NCBI GenBank assembly: GCA_038821645.1
Contig: JAWBDT010000005.1
Coordinates: 1 to 64,000 of the forward strand
Source: Ignisphaera sp.
GTDB lineage: Archaea; Thermoproteota; Thermoprotei_A; Sulfolobales; Ignisphaeraceae
Reading direction: 5' to 3'
DNA: 64,000 nucleotides
Position numbers and translations under genes: made by a program. Of this stretch, positions 47,837 through 58,022 are shown piece by piece. A model generated the notes under the pieces. The model made no database searches. It saw only the letters and a list, made by a program, of their open reading frames with translations, and was not told where the DNA came from. Numbering within the stretch: the first letter of the stretch is position 1; each line of letters opens with the position of its first letter.

Positions 47837-48235
47837 ATGTTACCCATGAATCCTCGAGAACTTCAAAAACAATTAAGACAGTTAAAGAAGTTAGGCATAA
47901 AGATAGATCAACTTGTAGATGCTGAAGAAGTATATATAGTATTAAGTGACAAAAAATTGATCTTAGAGAAACCCGATGTGTTTATAGTCGAGTTTAGTGG
48001 ACAAAAAATGTTCTATCTAGTTGCCCAAAACATTCGTGAAGAGTTAAAGAAGGATCAACAAATTTCTTCAACACCTACACAAATAGAGATATCTGATGAT
48101 GATGTACAATTTGTAGCTGAATACACACATGTATCAATTGAAAAAGCTAAAGAAGCTATACTAAAAGCAGGTGGTGATATAGCTAAAGCTATAGAGCTTA
48201 TAGAATCTGAAAAGAAATCATCCTACACTACATGA
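47837..48235 (+). CDS. nac: Nascent polypeptide-associated complex protein
   Basis: 'MNPREL...LKKLGI', UBA-like tail 'DDVQFVAE...A..A.....GDIAKAI'. Confidence 0.92.
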   Translation: MLPMNPRELQKQLRQLKKLGIKIDQLVDAEEVYIVLSDKKLILEKPDVFIVEFSGQKMFYLVAQNIREELKKDQQISSTPTQIEISDDDVQFVAEYTHVSIEKAKEAILKAGGDIAKAIELIESEKKSSYTT

Positions 48236-48643
48236 ATTCTTCAAATACTTGTTAACACAAGGACATAAAATCTCTAAAACATTAAGAACTGTGCTATTGT
48301 CTGCATAACTATATTCACCATGAAAGAAATGCATACCTAATTCAATTGACTTTCTTAAGATATCTTCTGGACAGAACATCTTTATATCATTATCCCTATT
48401 AGTTGTCATAATTAGAATGGTTATAATAACAATCAAGTATCTGGCTATGTAGTAATTTGCCCTATAGTTGGTTACCCCATTTATACTCAGGTTTATGATG
48501 TCTTTACATAGATTCAAATACCATTTTAAACGTATACAAATCTCTCCCATAGCGTAAAGAGACATAAATACTAAATAATTTAAATCTTTTATGTACTTCG
48601 AGGCCTCAATATGGTTAAAGATGGTATAAACTACATTATTCAA
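48218..48643 (-). CDS. Hypothetical protein (uncertain)
   Basis: Fills a 370-bp gap but overlaps both neighbours; no recognisable motif. Confidence 0.3.
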   Translation of the reverse strand: MNNVVYTIFNHIEASKYIKDLNYLVFMSLYAMGEICIRLKWYLNLCKDIINLSINGVTNYRANYYIARYLIVIITILIMTTNRDNDIKMFCPEDILRKSIELGMHFFHGEYSYADNSTVLNVLEILCPCVNKYLKNSCSVG

Positions 48644-49156
48644 AATATTTCAGTAGCTATACTCATAACCCTCTTGATTGTGGCTTACATAAATGTTATT
48701 GTAATTTGTGTACCTCCACCAGAAGGAATTAGAGAAGAAATCATCGAGTCTGTAACCAGAATTAGAGAAGTAGTATCTAGTTTAACTATACCGCAAGATA
48801 GGTTTATGTATATGCTCCAAAACGAATTATATATAATGATGTATATCTTCATACCAGTAATAGGACCTATTAACTATATAGAGATTGTAACTAGATATGC
48901 GTGGGGAATAGCTATAACCAGTCACACAAACTCAGACACTATAAGTAATCTACTCATGTTAATGTCTACACCAACACTATATTTACATCTTCTATCTTAT
49001 AGCTTGATTATGATAGAAGGTAATAGAATACTTCTTGATATTGTTAAGAAAAAGTATTATCTTAGGGTATGGCTCTATCACATATTTACCTTATCCATAG
49101 CTATATCAATAATGTTGCTTTCTATAACTCTAGAGATCTTATTAACATTTTTCTAA
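48611..49156 (+). CDS. Membrane protein, SpoIIM/DUF95-like
   Basis: 4-5 TM helices; 'QNE....IFIPVIGP' and terminal 'LE' pattern. Confidence 0.5.
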   Translation: MVKDGINYIIQNISVAILITLLIVAYINVIVICVPPPEGIREEIIESVTRIREVVSSLTIPQDRFMYMLQNELYIMMYIFIPVIGPINYIEIVTRYAWGIAITSHTNSDTISNLLMLMSTPTLYLHLLSYSLIMIEGNRILLDIVKKKYYLRVWLYHIFTLSIAISIMLLSITLEILLTFF

Positions 49157-49310
49157 CTTTTAACTCAAAATATTGAATAGAATATTTGTATCTTTTAGCG
49201 AACAAATGGTTAACTATCATATCTAGCTATAATACATTATCTACAGATTAATACAGCATGTTTTCCCAAATTGAGAAAGTTCATACCATCTTAGAATATT
49301 GGAATAAATA

Positions 49311-49369
49311 GTTCAGTGAGATTCGTACACATCATCTTTAAGGTTCAGTAAGGATGCAGTTCATCATTT
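49311..49369 (-). ncRNA. C/D-box sRNA candidate (possible tRNA guide)
   Basis: Minus strand ATGATGA-ACTGCATCCTTA-CTGA-accttaaag-ATGATGT-GTACGAATCTCA-CTGA. Confidence 0.82.
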
Positions 49370-49528
49370 TAATGAGTTTATGAATATACTGTACTACGTG
49401 ATGATGTGGTGATCATACCCACTTATTTGTAATTTTTCACATTTAAAACATTTATGTATATTGCTCTTATGGTGTATCCACATATAGAGCTATATACTAG
49501 GGATATTAATGCGTATAAGGTGAAATAA

Positions 49529-50209
49529 ATGCCTCGTGTACCAGTTAAATTAGTTAGTTGGAATGATATTGTTGAATGGAGCTGGGGTCTAGCTAAGAAA
49601 ATAGAATCTGATGGATATGTACCAGATGTAGTTATAGCTATTGCTAGAGGTGGTTATGTACCAGCAAGACTTTTATGTGATTTTCTAGGAATTGAAAACC
49701 TTATCTCAATACAATCACAACACTGGACCGAAGCTGCCAAGAAAGGAGAGAGAGCACTAATAAAATTCGAGTATACAATAGATCTATCAGACTATAGAGC
49801 ATTACTTGTTGATGATATTATAGATACAGGAGAATCCGTTATATTAGCTAAAAGTTACATATTAAGTAATTGGAAACCAAAGGATCTTCGTGTAGCTGCA
49901 CTTCAATGGATTTCACCTATAGCCAAGATAAAACCTGATTACTTCTATATAGAAGTAAAGGATTGGGTATGGTTCCAATATCCATGGACAAGACTTGAGG
50001 ATATCACACAATTTATAAAAAGGATATTAGTTGAAATGAAAAGAGATATAGGGAAAGACCTATGGAGTTTAGAAGAACTTCGTAATGCTTTTTATGAATG
50101 GTATGGTATTGAGGTTAACGAAAATTACTTTAGCGAAGCTATTCGACAGCTACTGAAGAAAGGAGTGCTAGTTCATGATGTAGATAAGTACAAGTATGTT
50201 GAAAGATAA
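49529..50209 (+). CDS. Type I (purine) phosphoribosyltransferase
   Basis: 'IARGGYVPAR', PRPP motif 'LLVDDIIDTGES', 'W..YPW'. Confidence 0.9.
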   Translation: MPRVPVKLVSWNDIVEWSWGLAKKIESDGYVPDVVIAIARGGYVPARLLCDFLGIENLISIQSQHWTEAAKKGERALIKFEYTIDLSDYRALLVDDIIDTGESVILAKSYILSNWKPKDLRVAALQWISPIAKIKPDYFYIEVKDWVWFQYPWTRLEDITQFIKRILVEMKRDIGKDLWSLEELRNAFYEWYGIEVNENYFSEAIRQLLKKGVLVHDVDKYKYVER

Positions 50210-50873
50210 TATAATACTGATGCATCTCAGGTTAGCTAAATTTATGAAATTCAGCATATGTAACGATAATCTAGACAAGTTACTATTTTCAGAACCTAAG
50301 AAGATCGTAATATATGGTGAGGCAGCTACAGGTAAAACTAATATTCTTTTAAACACAATAAAATGTTCCTATACATCTTTAACTCAACATGAAACTCTAT
50401 TCTTCATAAGCACAGAAGGATCCTCCTTCGTCACAAGAATGTATCTTTTAGATATAGACTCCAGAAACGTCTTTTTTTCGATAGCCATAGATCAGCAACA
50501 TATTCTTAGCAACGTGTTGGAGATAGTGAAGAATCTTGACTTACTTAAACCTGTATGTATAATCATTGATAGTATTAATTATCACTATCGAATAGAATCT
50601 TTAACGCCAATAGGTATAAAACTTTTTACAGAACTATTATCGCTTCTTGACACATTTAATGAAAATGGGGTTTTCATCATCTCTTCAGCTCAGGTAAGAG
50701 CTAGCGAAGATGAAGTATTTCCTGGTTATGTATATCTTCACTACTGGGCCGATATAGTTATAGAGTTAGAGCGTATATCTACATCAAGAAGAGTTCTAAG
50801 AATTGTCAAACCCAAAATTGATCGCTTATTTCAATTCGATGTTGTAGCAAACGGTGTCAAATGGTTAACATAG
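50196..50873 (+). CDS. RecA-superfamily ATPase, RadB/aRadC-like (no N-terminal domain)
   Basis: 'IYGEAATGKTN', 'FISTEG', 'IIIDSI...YR', 'SAQV'. Confidence 0.75.
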   Translation: MLKDNIILMHLRLAKFMKFSICNDNLDKLLFSEPKKIVIYGEAATGKTNILLNTIKCSYTSLTQHETLFFISTEGSSFVTRMYLLDIDSRNVFFSIAIDQQHILSNVLEIVKNLDLLKPVCIIIDSINYHYRIESLTPIGIKLFTELLSLLDTFNENGVFIISSAQVRASEDEVFPGYVYLHYWADIVIELERISTSRRVLRIVKPKIDRLFQFDVVANGVKWLT

Positions 50874-50902
50874 TTAATCTATTGGTAATTATGGTGATAT
50901 AA

Positions 50903-51088
50903 TTACATGTTATTTTGTAGTTTCTTAAGTAATTCGGGGTACTTGGCCTTTATCCTGTACTCTACGTATTTATCTTCAGGTGAGAATCTTGGTGGATGAG
51001 GTGTATATGTCTTTGCACCACATTTAGGACATAAATCCTTAAGTGTATAAGTTTTGCAGTTTAAACATTTCCTTATTTTCCATTTCAT
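50903..51088 (-). CDS. nop10: H/ACA RNP protein Nop10
   Basis: '[11 protein letters not shown]', '[11 protein letters not shown]'. Confidence 0.96.
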   Translation of the reverse strand: MKWKIRKCLNCKTYTLKDLCPKCGAKTYTPHPPRFSPEDKYVEYRIKAKYPELLKKLQNNM

Positions 51089-51094
51089 TAAATA

Positions 51095-51919
51095 TTATCC
51101 CCCTTTTTCTACCTCTTCACGTTCTATATTGAATTGATCTATTTCAAGTTCTTTTACTAAATTACGTAACATAGCATCTATGTGGCTAAATATCTTTTCA
51201 GCATCTTTGTAATGTGGTGCTATTATTTCTATCCTATATCGTGGTGCACCAATAGCATAAACATATACCTTAGTGTTTTGGGGAAGCTCAATATTGTGTA
51301 TACTAGTAAGTATTTTCTTTATTCTTTCAATACCATCTGGTTTGTATGTCACAATCTTCATGATAGCCCTAATCTTTACCATTTTTATCGATATATGTTT
51401 CTTAGCTTCTTCACATACAACATTACTCCAATAGTCTGATATACCTTTTCTAATAAGTGCTTCAGGACCTTCAAGTATACATTGCTCAAGAATTGACATT
51501 GGATCGATATCTTTTTCAAGCTTAGACCATACCATATTATAAGCCTCATCTAAACTCATTTTTATGTTCCTGGCAGCAAGTTCTACTATTTTTTGAGCTC
51601 TCTGTAGCCTCTTCCACCTCAAAATTTTGATCTTCTTCTCTCCTTCTAAAACTCTTTTAATGGAAATATCTATTTGTACCTTAGGGGCTTTTTTATCAAC
51701 CCTTATAACCTTACCTACAACAACACGTCCTTCCTTGAGTACATCCCTTATGTCTTTTACATATCTTGTACTTACTTCACTCCATGGGATAAATGCTTCT
51801 TGTACCTCATATTCGAGAAGAGTAGCATAGGCACCATATTCGAAAACTTTATCTATTCTAGCTATAACTAGTTCTCCGACCTCAGGTAAACCTTTTTTCC
51901 TAAATGGTATGGCACTCAT
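51095..51919 (-). CDS. Translation initiation factor aIF2 alpha
   Basis: 'LPEVGELV', 'GAYATLLEY', 'IDISIKRV', 'GAPRYRI'. Confidence 0.96.
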   Translation of the reverse strand: MSAIPFRKKGLPEVGELVIARIDKVFEYGAYATLLEYEVQEAFIPWSEVSTRYVKDIRDVLKEGRVVVGKVIRVDKKAPKVQIDISIKRVLEGEKKIKILRWKRLQRAQKIVELAARNIKMSLDEAYNMVWSKLEKDIDPMSILEQCILEGPEALIRKGISDYWSNVVCEEAKKHISIKMVKIRAIMKIVTYKPDGIERIKKILTSIHNIELPQNTKVYVYAIGAPRYRIEIIAPHYKDAEKIFSHIDAMLRNLVKELEIDQFNIEREEVEKGG

Positions 51920-51985
51920 ATCGTATCAACTTGAGTAGATATTTCTACGTAATTCTAGTACTTATTTAATTAAGATAATGAAGCT

Positions 51986-52204
51986 CTAGTCTAGTATCTT
52001 TACAACCTCAGCATTAATGAGCTTTACTTTACCTCCAGTTGACTGAACAATTTGAGTTCCACATACAAGACATCTTGAAGGAAATGTTGCATGATCAAAT
52101 ACTACTTGTTCGTTTCCACATACTGTACACTTAACTCTAATAAATCTCGATCTAGGTTCTGGTATCAATATTTTTCTCTTTTTAGCCATGGTATCACCTA
52201 CCAA
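51986..52204 (-). CDS. rps27e: 30S ribosomal protein S27e
   Basis: '[20 protein letters not shown]', 'TGGK'. Confidence 0.96.
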   Translation of the reverse strand: MVGDTMAKKRKILIPEPRSRFIRVKCTVCGNEQVVFDHATFPSRCLVCGTQIVQSTGGKVKLINAEVVKILD

Positions 52205-52206
52205 CT

Positions 52207-52482
52207 TTAGATTTGTTCAGCTTTCTTGATTCTTATCCCCGTTCTATGGTGTATAAATCCACATTTCGAACATTTAAGCTTCAGCACCACTTTTTTGGTT
52301 ACTTTTGCAAATCTTTTTTGCTCTGGTTTACGTTTTGATCCATATCCTTCTTGCTTCCTTAAATATCTCCTTTGACCTTGGGCTAGCGTTCTACGCTTAC
52401 CATGTTTATATATGGTTATACTATGTTGTGTATGTGAGCGACATTTAGGACAATATGTGTTCATAGTCCTTGGTATCTTCAA
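52207..52482 (-). CDS. rpl44e: 50S ribosomal protein L44e (eL42)
   Basis: 'TYCPKC..HT.H', 'GQRRY.RKQEGYG', 'KVTKK'. Confidence 0.97.
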   Translation of the reverse strand: MKIPRTMNTYCPKCRSHTQHSITIYKHGKRRTLAQGQRRYLRKQEGYGSKRKPEQKRFAKVTKKVVLKLKCSKCGFIHHRTGIRIKKAEQI

Positions 52483-52622
52483 CCAGCATCCCTTGTGTAA
52501 TCTTCTGCTATGAGTATACCGATTTAGATCGATTTATAAGTCATAATGATACAACCAAGTATGTATTATGAGACTATGTCTAATCGCTTTTTAGTATAGA
52601 TATTAACTTAATATTCAATGTA

Positions 52623-53129
52623 TTATTTCTTGATTTGAATAGATACATAAATAGGTTCTACATAGCCTAGTGCACTTAAAATTGATGCTAAACTTATATG
52701 GATAGGTGTTATGAATCCTTTTGCAATAACTGTATTGTATATCGATATGGGCTTTAATATCCTACATAAAACTTTTTCGCCATGTATTATAATTGAATTT
52801 TGAACAATATTCTTTAAAACATTGCAAGTGCTTAAGAATAGATTGTAAAGTTTAGATAGAACATCATTACTTGATATTATTTTTCCTTCGATAGATCTTG
52901 ATTCTAAAAACTTTAAAACACTATCTATAACCTCATCTATTAATTTAAGAGTTTCATTACATATGCTATAATGTATTGGATCATGTACATTAGATAAACA
53001 CCATCCATTGAATGTTATAACCATATCGTTTATTTCTACTAATGATTTATATATGCTCTCAATATCTATATCTCTAAATAAGATATCCTCAATTAATTTA
53101 TATAATATACTTATATCATGCTTAGACAC
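52623..53129 (-). CDS. Probable GINS subunit Gins15/51 (divergent)
   Basis: Position between priS and rpl44e in the conserved archaeal cluster; helical A-domain then beta B-domain ending 'A.IL...GYVEPI'. Confidence 0.6.
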   Translation of the reverse strand: MSKHDISILYKLIEDILFRDIDIESIYKSLVEINDMVITFNGWCLSNVHDPIHYSICNETLKLIDEVIDSVLKFLESRSIEGKIISSNDVLSKLYNLFLSTCNVLKNIVQNSIIIHGEKVLCRILKPISIYNTVIAKGFITPIHISLASILSALGYVEPIYVSIQIKK

Positions 53130-53133
53130 ATTA

Positions 53134-54291
53134 TCACCTAACTACATTAACTATCGATGCTAGACCTTTATATACAAAATATGATGCATATGGATACTCA
53201 AGAGAGGCTTCATCACCTTTCTTAAAACTGAATTCCTCGTCTATTACTGTTACTCGTGGTATAGAAGTTAGGAATCTTATCTTAAGCTTAATATCAGAGA
53301 TTGATAGGATATGAGGTGATAGTTCAAAAGCATATACATCTGAGTTACTAATTTGCACCACTTTCCAACCTGTTTTTCCATTTATACTATTTGGGACTCT
53401 AATTAGGTGTGTAATATCTATTGTGACCTTAGTATCTATGTAGACTGAAATAGCCTTAATTACATTATTTAAGTTTTGCACCAGATACTCATAAACTTTT
53501 TGTGCTGCTTCAAAATTCAATACGGATTTGAATCCCATTATGAACTCTCTAACCTCTTCATCTACATGATTAGCTAGGTATCTCGCTATTCGTCTTCTTA
53601 TACCACCGTCAGTAACTCTAGGTGGAAGCACTACATACCTCTTCGACTTCTTAATTATTTGATCTACAAATGCTTTCAACTGATAGTCATCGACCTTTAT
53701 GTAAGACACTATTTCGCGTCTTTCATCTGATGACATGTAACTATATGGTTCATCAAGTTCTACAATTACATGAAATCCTCTATGACCTGAAAACGTTGTA
53801 ATTATTTCAGTAAAGCCTAAATCGTTTTCAAGTATATCGATAAGTTTTGCGACATGTTCTTTAGCTATATCGATACACTCTGGCTCAACATGCTCAAATT
53901 TGTTTAATTCTTCTCCGCATCGTGGACATAATTTAGCATCTGTTTGTTGAATGTAGAAACCACATTTTCTACAGAATTTCATCTGAACATATTTGTCACT
54001 TTCTTGACATTCGGATGCTTCATTAGCATCAATATCAAACACTAGATCACTTCCTAACCACTTTTTTTCATCCATAATAGGATTTGCAGGTTCTCTATAA
54101 CGAGCCGAGGAGTAGTAAAGATGTCTTGGAATCACATCAATTATGTATTTCTTCAGTTCTGAAAATGATGAAAAAGATAAGTGCCGTAGATATGTTTCAC
54201 TATTGAATGATTGTAGAGCTATTTCTCTAAGGTAGTAATCTTGTGGAAACACAGGATCATTCTTTATATAGAATTCTTTTACTAGATTCAT
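53134..54291 (-). CDS. priS: DNA primase small (catalytic) subunit
   Basis: 'REIA', 'HLYYSSA.Y..P', 'DLVFDID', 'FSGHRGFH', 'D.KVT.D...LIR.PNS'. Confidence 0.95.
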   Translation of the reverse strand: MNLVKEFYIKNDPVFPQDYYLREIALQSFNSETYLRHLSFSSFSELKKYIIDVIPRHLYYSSARYREPANPIMDEKKWLGSDLVFDIDANEASECQESDKYVQMKFCRKCGFYIQQTDAKLCPRCGEELNKFEHVEPECIDIAKEHVAKLIDILENDLGFTEIITTFSGHRGFHVIVELDEPYSYMSSDERREIVSYIKVDDYQLKAFVDQIIKKSKRYVVLPPRVTDGGIRRRIARYLANHVDEEVREFIMGFKSVLNFEAAQKVYEYLVQNLNNVIKAISVYIDTKVTIDITHLIRVPNSINGKTGWKVVQISNSDVYAFELSPHILSISDIKLKIRFLTSIPRVTVIDEEFSFKKGDEASLEYPYASYFVYKGLASIVNVVR

Positions 54292-54328
54292 GACTATGTT
54301 TATTGATTTCGTGTCTATGGTTTGTCCC

Positions 54329-55099
54329 TTACTCTGATCTGGGTGCTACGTAGAATTTCAGTATAGAGCCTGATGTAAGATCTAGATCGAATTCGCAAGG
54401 AATATCCCTACCTAACTTAATAGTGACAGTTTCTGCCATCTTGGATATCGTTGACAACATCGATAAATACTCCATAGAGTACGCATTGACAAATTCTTCA
54501 ATATCTTGTGGAGATTGGTAGTCTATTAACGTTCCTGCAGGTATTGTTAACGCTATTTCTGCTTCGCCAAGTTCTGAGGCAGATATAAGTGATATACCTT
54601 CTTTATAAACCTTTATCTTTAGAACATCGCCTACATCTTCTAGAATACTTAAAGATACTGCCAATGTTATTCCCGTAGTCTTTGCCTGTACATCGAATTC
54701 CAGCGATAGTTCTGGTATTTCTTCATAGCTTCCTGGAAGAAGAGGTAATGTGAAGATCCTCTCTGTGTTTCCTCTAGATATGAGACCTACTGTGAGTTTT
54801 AGACCATCACTTGCAATCATTAGTTTATCGCCTCTCCCAGCTCTACGCAAAATTTTTGATACAGATTCTAATGGTATTATTAGTGTGGATTCTTCATTTA
54901 CATCGTATTCTTCAAATGCTGTAGAAGGTATAGAAAGATCTACAAGTGCAACATGACTAGGATCCATAGCTTTAAGGCGTACACCTTCAGAAGGATGAAA
55001 CTTTATTCCAACTGCTTCTACGAATTGTGAAAGTTCTCTTAATATGTATCGCCATAGTCTTGCATCAAGGAATACTGCTCTCAAATTCATTAATTTCAC
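54329..55099 (-). CDS. pcn: PCNA sliding clamp paralog
   Basis: 'LKAMDPSHVALVDL', 'YSMEYL', 'FYVAPR'. Confidence 0.93.
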   Translation of the reverse strand: MKLMNLRAVFLDARLWRYILRELSQFVEAVGIKFHPSEGVRLKAMDPSHVALVDLSIPSTAFEEYDVNEESTLIIPLESVSKILRRAGRGDKLMIASDGLKLTVGLISRGNTERIFTLPLLPGSYEEIPELSLEFDVQAKTTGITLAVSLSILEDVGDVLKIKVYKEGISLISASELGEAEIALTIPAGTLIDYQSPQDIEEFVNAYSMEYLSMLSTISKMAETVTIKLGRDIPCEFDLDLTSGSILKFYVAPRSE

Positions 55100-55170
55100 C
55101 TACACTCTACAACATGTTGTATACAGTATTAATATTTATGGTATATAGTGTGATAGATATAGGTTATCAC

Positions 55171-55524
55171 CTATACCTCAGTACAGTTAACAGATTTAGT
55201 AAAGTTGTCTATGGCTTGTATAACATTGTTCGAGTTTTTCATTAAAATACTACATCTATATAGACTACAGTTTTGAACATCTACACATATACACTTAATG
55301 CTAATGATGTCTGTTTTATTAATCAGCCTTATTAAATCGTCTTTAGTGATAATACCTAGACAGTCAATCGCTTTATCTCGAAGTGTTCTTATCTCTATAA
55401 CTTTCCTATCCTCATCTACATTCATAACAACACTACTTCCTTCACTAATATCTAGAATGAGTCTTGCATATGATGGTATGGTTATCCTTCCTTTACCATC
55501 AATCTTAACTACTTCAATATACAT
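55171..55524 (-). CDS. AbrB/MazE/SpoVT-family DNA-binding protein
   Basis: 'VKIDGKGRITIPSYAR..L.I.EG'. Confidence 0.8.
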   Translation of the reverse strand: MYIEVVKIDGKGRITIPSYARLILDISEGSSVVMNVDEDRKVIEIRTLRDKAIDCLGIITKDDLIRLINKTDIISIKCICVDVQNCSLYRCSILMKNSNNVIQAIDNFTKSVNCTEV

Positions 55525-55567
55525 ATCTATATCCTCAGATCATGTAACTTAGTTACCTATCATTGAT

Positions 55568-56329
55568 TCAGCCTCTTGGAGCTATCCATGCAACAATCCT
55601 TCCTCCACCAGCAACATTTAATGAAATCTTCAGAGGCTTCTCAGGACCAAAAGCTATTGTACAGTCATCAGCTAGATCTAGCAATTTCGAGAGTGGCTTA
55701 AGATGATCTACACCGTATTTTACTATGGCACTTCCTATAGATGATTCTAGATATGTTAATGGTTGAAACTGTCTTAGTATTGTACTGTATTCTGCGAGCT
55801 CACCGTGTCCCAACACCTTTAAAGCATTTATATCTGACGAATACACAAACGTTATCTCATCTCCAACCAATGCTACATCCTTTATAATCCCCACTAGTTC
55901 CGATGTAGGTAACGATGCTTGAACTTCATACGATATATCGATTTCTCCTAGTCTTTCGAAACCTATATCTGATAGTGATACTGTATGCTCCCTCTCGACA
56001 CCCGACCTTACATTTAGTATTTTAATTTTGAGTTCTCTAGAACCTTCAAGATACTCAAATACAACTCTATCTCGTTTTGATGCTCTTTTAAATGATTTAA
56101 TACATTCATCTCTATCAGCTACTACACTAACATTACTCGTAACAGTATATTCTTCAAAAACCGTTGAAGGAAGCTCGAAAACAACCATCGTGACTTTATC
56201 TGGACTTAATGCTTCTATAGTAAAACCCTCCAAGCCAAAGGCCATAGGTATCTGATCGACAATCCCTTTAAGTGCAGCCATAACCTTTTTAAATACTACT
56301 CCACTTGGATAAACTGCTCTCACACTCAT
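55568..56329 (-). CDS. pcn: PCNA sliding clamp paralog
   Basis: 'ALSPDKVTMV', 'FEEY', 'KPLKI', 'WIAPR'. Confidence 0.9.
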   Translation of the reverse strand: MSVRAVYPSGVVFKKVMAALKGIVDQIPMAFGLEGFTIEALSPDKVTMVVFELPSTVFEEYTVTSNVSVVADRDECIKSFKRASKRDRVVFEYLEGSRELKIKILNVRSGVEREHTVSLSDIGFERLGEIDISYEVQASLPTSELVGIIKDVALVGDEITFVYSSDINALKVLGHGELAEYSTILRQFQPLTYLESSIGSAIVKYGVDHLKPLSKLLDLADDCTIAFGPEKPLKISLNVAGGGRIVAWIAPRG

Positions 56330-56414
56330 TAAGACACCGATATTTCTCTTTTTTTACAAACCTTAAAATTGTTACAATTTATGAGTATATATTAAGTCAT
56401 TTGAGTGAAGGTTC

Positions 56415-56789
56415 ATGACTAAAAAAGTTAAAGTATATAAAACTATTGGAGACTACGTAGTATTAGTAATGCTTGCTGAAGACGCTACCGAAATACTCAA
56501 TATATTGCAGAGAAGCTTGAATAAAGGTGAGGAAGATGTTGAAGATACTATACGTATGATTAACTATTTTGATACATTCTATAACATCATGAAGAAGAAA
56601 TTTAAGGAATATCTAACACCTAAAAAGAATGTAAGTGATATTATCAGGAAAAGAGTTCTTATAGACAAAATAAAGTTAATTAAGACTGATGGAACAAGAA
56701 TAGTTGAGGTTATCTTGGATAGATCTGTATCATTAGATGAAGTTCTAGAGATACTTATTAGTAATAATATAGAAGTAGAAAAAACTTAA
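56415..56789 (+). CDS. Hypothetical protein
   Basis: 124-aa ORF with normal composition and upstream TATA-like and SD-like sequence; no motif recognised. Confidence 0.6.
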   Translation: MTKKVKVYKTIGDYVVLVMLAEDATEILNILQRSLNKGEEDVEDTIRMINYFDTFYNIMKKKFKEYLTPKKNVSDIIRKRVLIDKIKLIKTDGTRIVEVILDRSVSLDEVLEILISNNIEVEKT

Positions 56790-57052
56790 GATTTTCTTTT
56801 ACGTGACCTCTTTGAAGCTTCTTTTGTTGTCTCTTGTAATGATTTAGATGAAAGAAATGAATTTAGGGCTTCATTAATAGTGATTCTATTCTGTAAAAGA
56901 CCGTTCCATATTTCAGCTCTAGATAGAAATAACTCAATTTCTGATATACTTATGCTTCCTATATCAATCTCTTCCTCTCCTAAATAGTCTGCTTCTTCTT
57001 CTACTACGCTCTCTTCTTCGATTACCTCACTTGAAACCTCTTCATCGAACAT
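56786..57052 (-). CDS. rpo13: RNA polymerase subunit Rpo13
   Basis: Acidic N-terminus, core 'ISISEIELFLSRAEIWNGLLQNRITINEA', basic tail; start moved to ATG 57052 after SD GGTGG. Confidence 0.85.
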   Translation of the reverse strand: MFDEEVSSEVIEEESVVEEEADYLGEEEIDIGSISISEIELFLSRAEIWNGLLQNRITINEALNSFLSSKSLQETTKEASKRSRKRKS

Positions 57053-57142
57053 GATTTCCACCAATTTATAAATTGCTTTAAGTATGTGATTATAACACTT
57101 GATAACATAAGTCAACATAACGAACTTTTATATCTTTCGTTC

Positions 57143-57856
57143 TTAGTACATTTCATGACTCTCTAGCCCAACCTTCTTAGATCGTAAGGGTTTTTCACAT
57201 TCTTTAGTATACCATGGAATGATTACTCCAAAAGGTGGTATTGCGGATAACAGTATTTCAACACCATGGTTTTTCGATATACAGCTTAATCGATAGCATA
57301 TTGACATAATAGTTGCATAGATCGCTACCGTAACAATGTTTACAGATATTATGTAAGAGTACAGTATATGAACACCTATACAAATTCCTAAGATAAGTAT
57401 GATTAATCCACGAGATTTAGGTTCTGAATTACATTCCCTACTTAATGATAAACAGAGATGATTATTATGACTATAAACGCATTTGTCTGCAAGTTTCAGT
57501 AGTACATAGGACATCACAATGTATATTAACACTACTTCTATACTCCATAAATAAAGAATTAATAACATGGATTCAAATAATAATAACGCTCTTGTATTTA
57601 TTATAGATATTCGAAGTGTTTCGACAAATATTAAGATAAGTAATAGAACGGTGTACTCAATATTCATTGATAAGAATACCAGTATGTTGATAACTCTACT
57701 CCAGATACCTGTTTTGAAGAACATATCTAGTGTATTGTTAATGTAACTATTAACGATATAGGAGAAGATATAGAGTAAGCAAGGACCATATATTGCTGGA
57801 TAGAAAAGCAAAAAACCATGCTTAACTTTTTCAAGGATCATACACTTAGACCTCAA
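57143..57856 (-). CDS. Polytopic membrane protein of unknown function
   Basis: About 7 hydrophobic segments; divergent from lhr. Confidence 0.55.
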   Translation of the reverse strand: MRSKCMILEKVKHGFLLFYPAIYGPCLLYIFSYIVNSYINNTLDMFFKTGIWSRVINILVFLSMNIEYTVLLLILIFVETLRISIINTRALLLFESMLLILYLWSIEVVLIYIVMSYVLLKLADKCVYSHNNHLCLSLSRECNSEPKSRGLIILILGICIGVHILYSYIISVNIVTVAIYATIMSICYRLSCISKNHGVEILLSAIPPFGVIIPWYTKECEKPLRSKKVGLESHEMY

Positions 57857-58022
57857 ATTATTTCTATATAATGGTCACAAATACTATAAAACCATCTGTA
57901 TCTTAGTAATCCATACAGGAGATAATAAGGAAATTAGCTTATTATCCGTATATCGTATCGTGAAAGTAGGTAAATATATTAGTGACAATGCTTACGTTAT
58001 CTAGTATGAGAGATGATAGAAT

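Noticed and set aside
53890-53975. CxxC...CxxC insert in PriS
   Set aside because: Zinc-binding motifs at this position are known in archaeal PriS; not novel
54291-54318. Possible third ATA start extending priS by 9 codons
   Set aside because: A usable ATG exists at 54291 and the SD is weak; not required by homology
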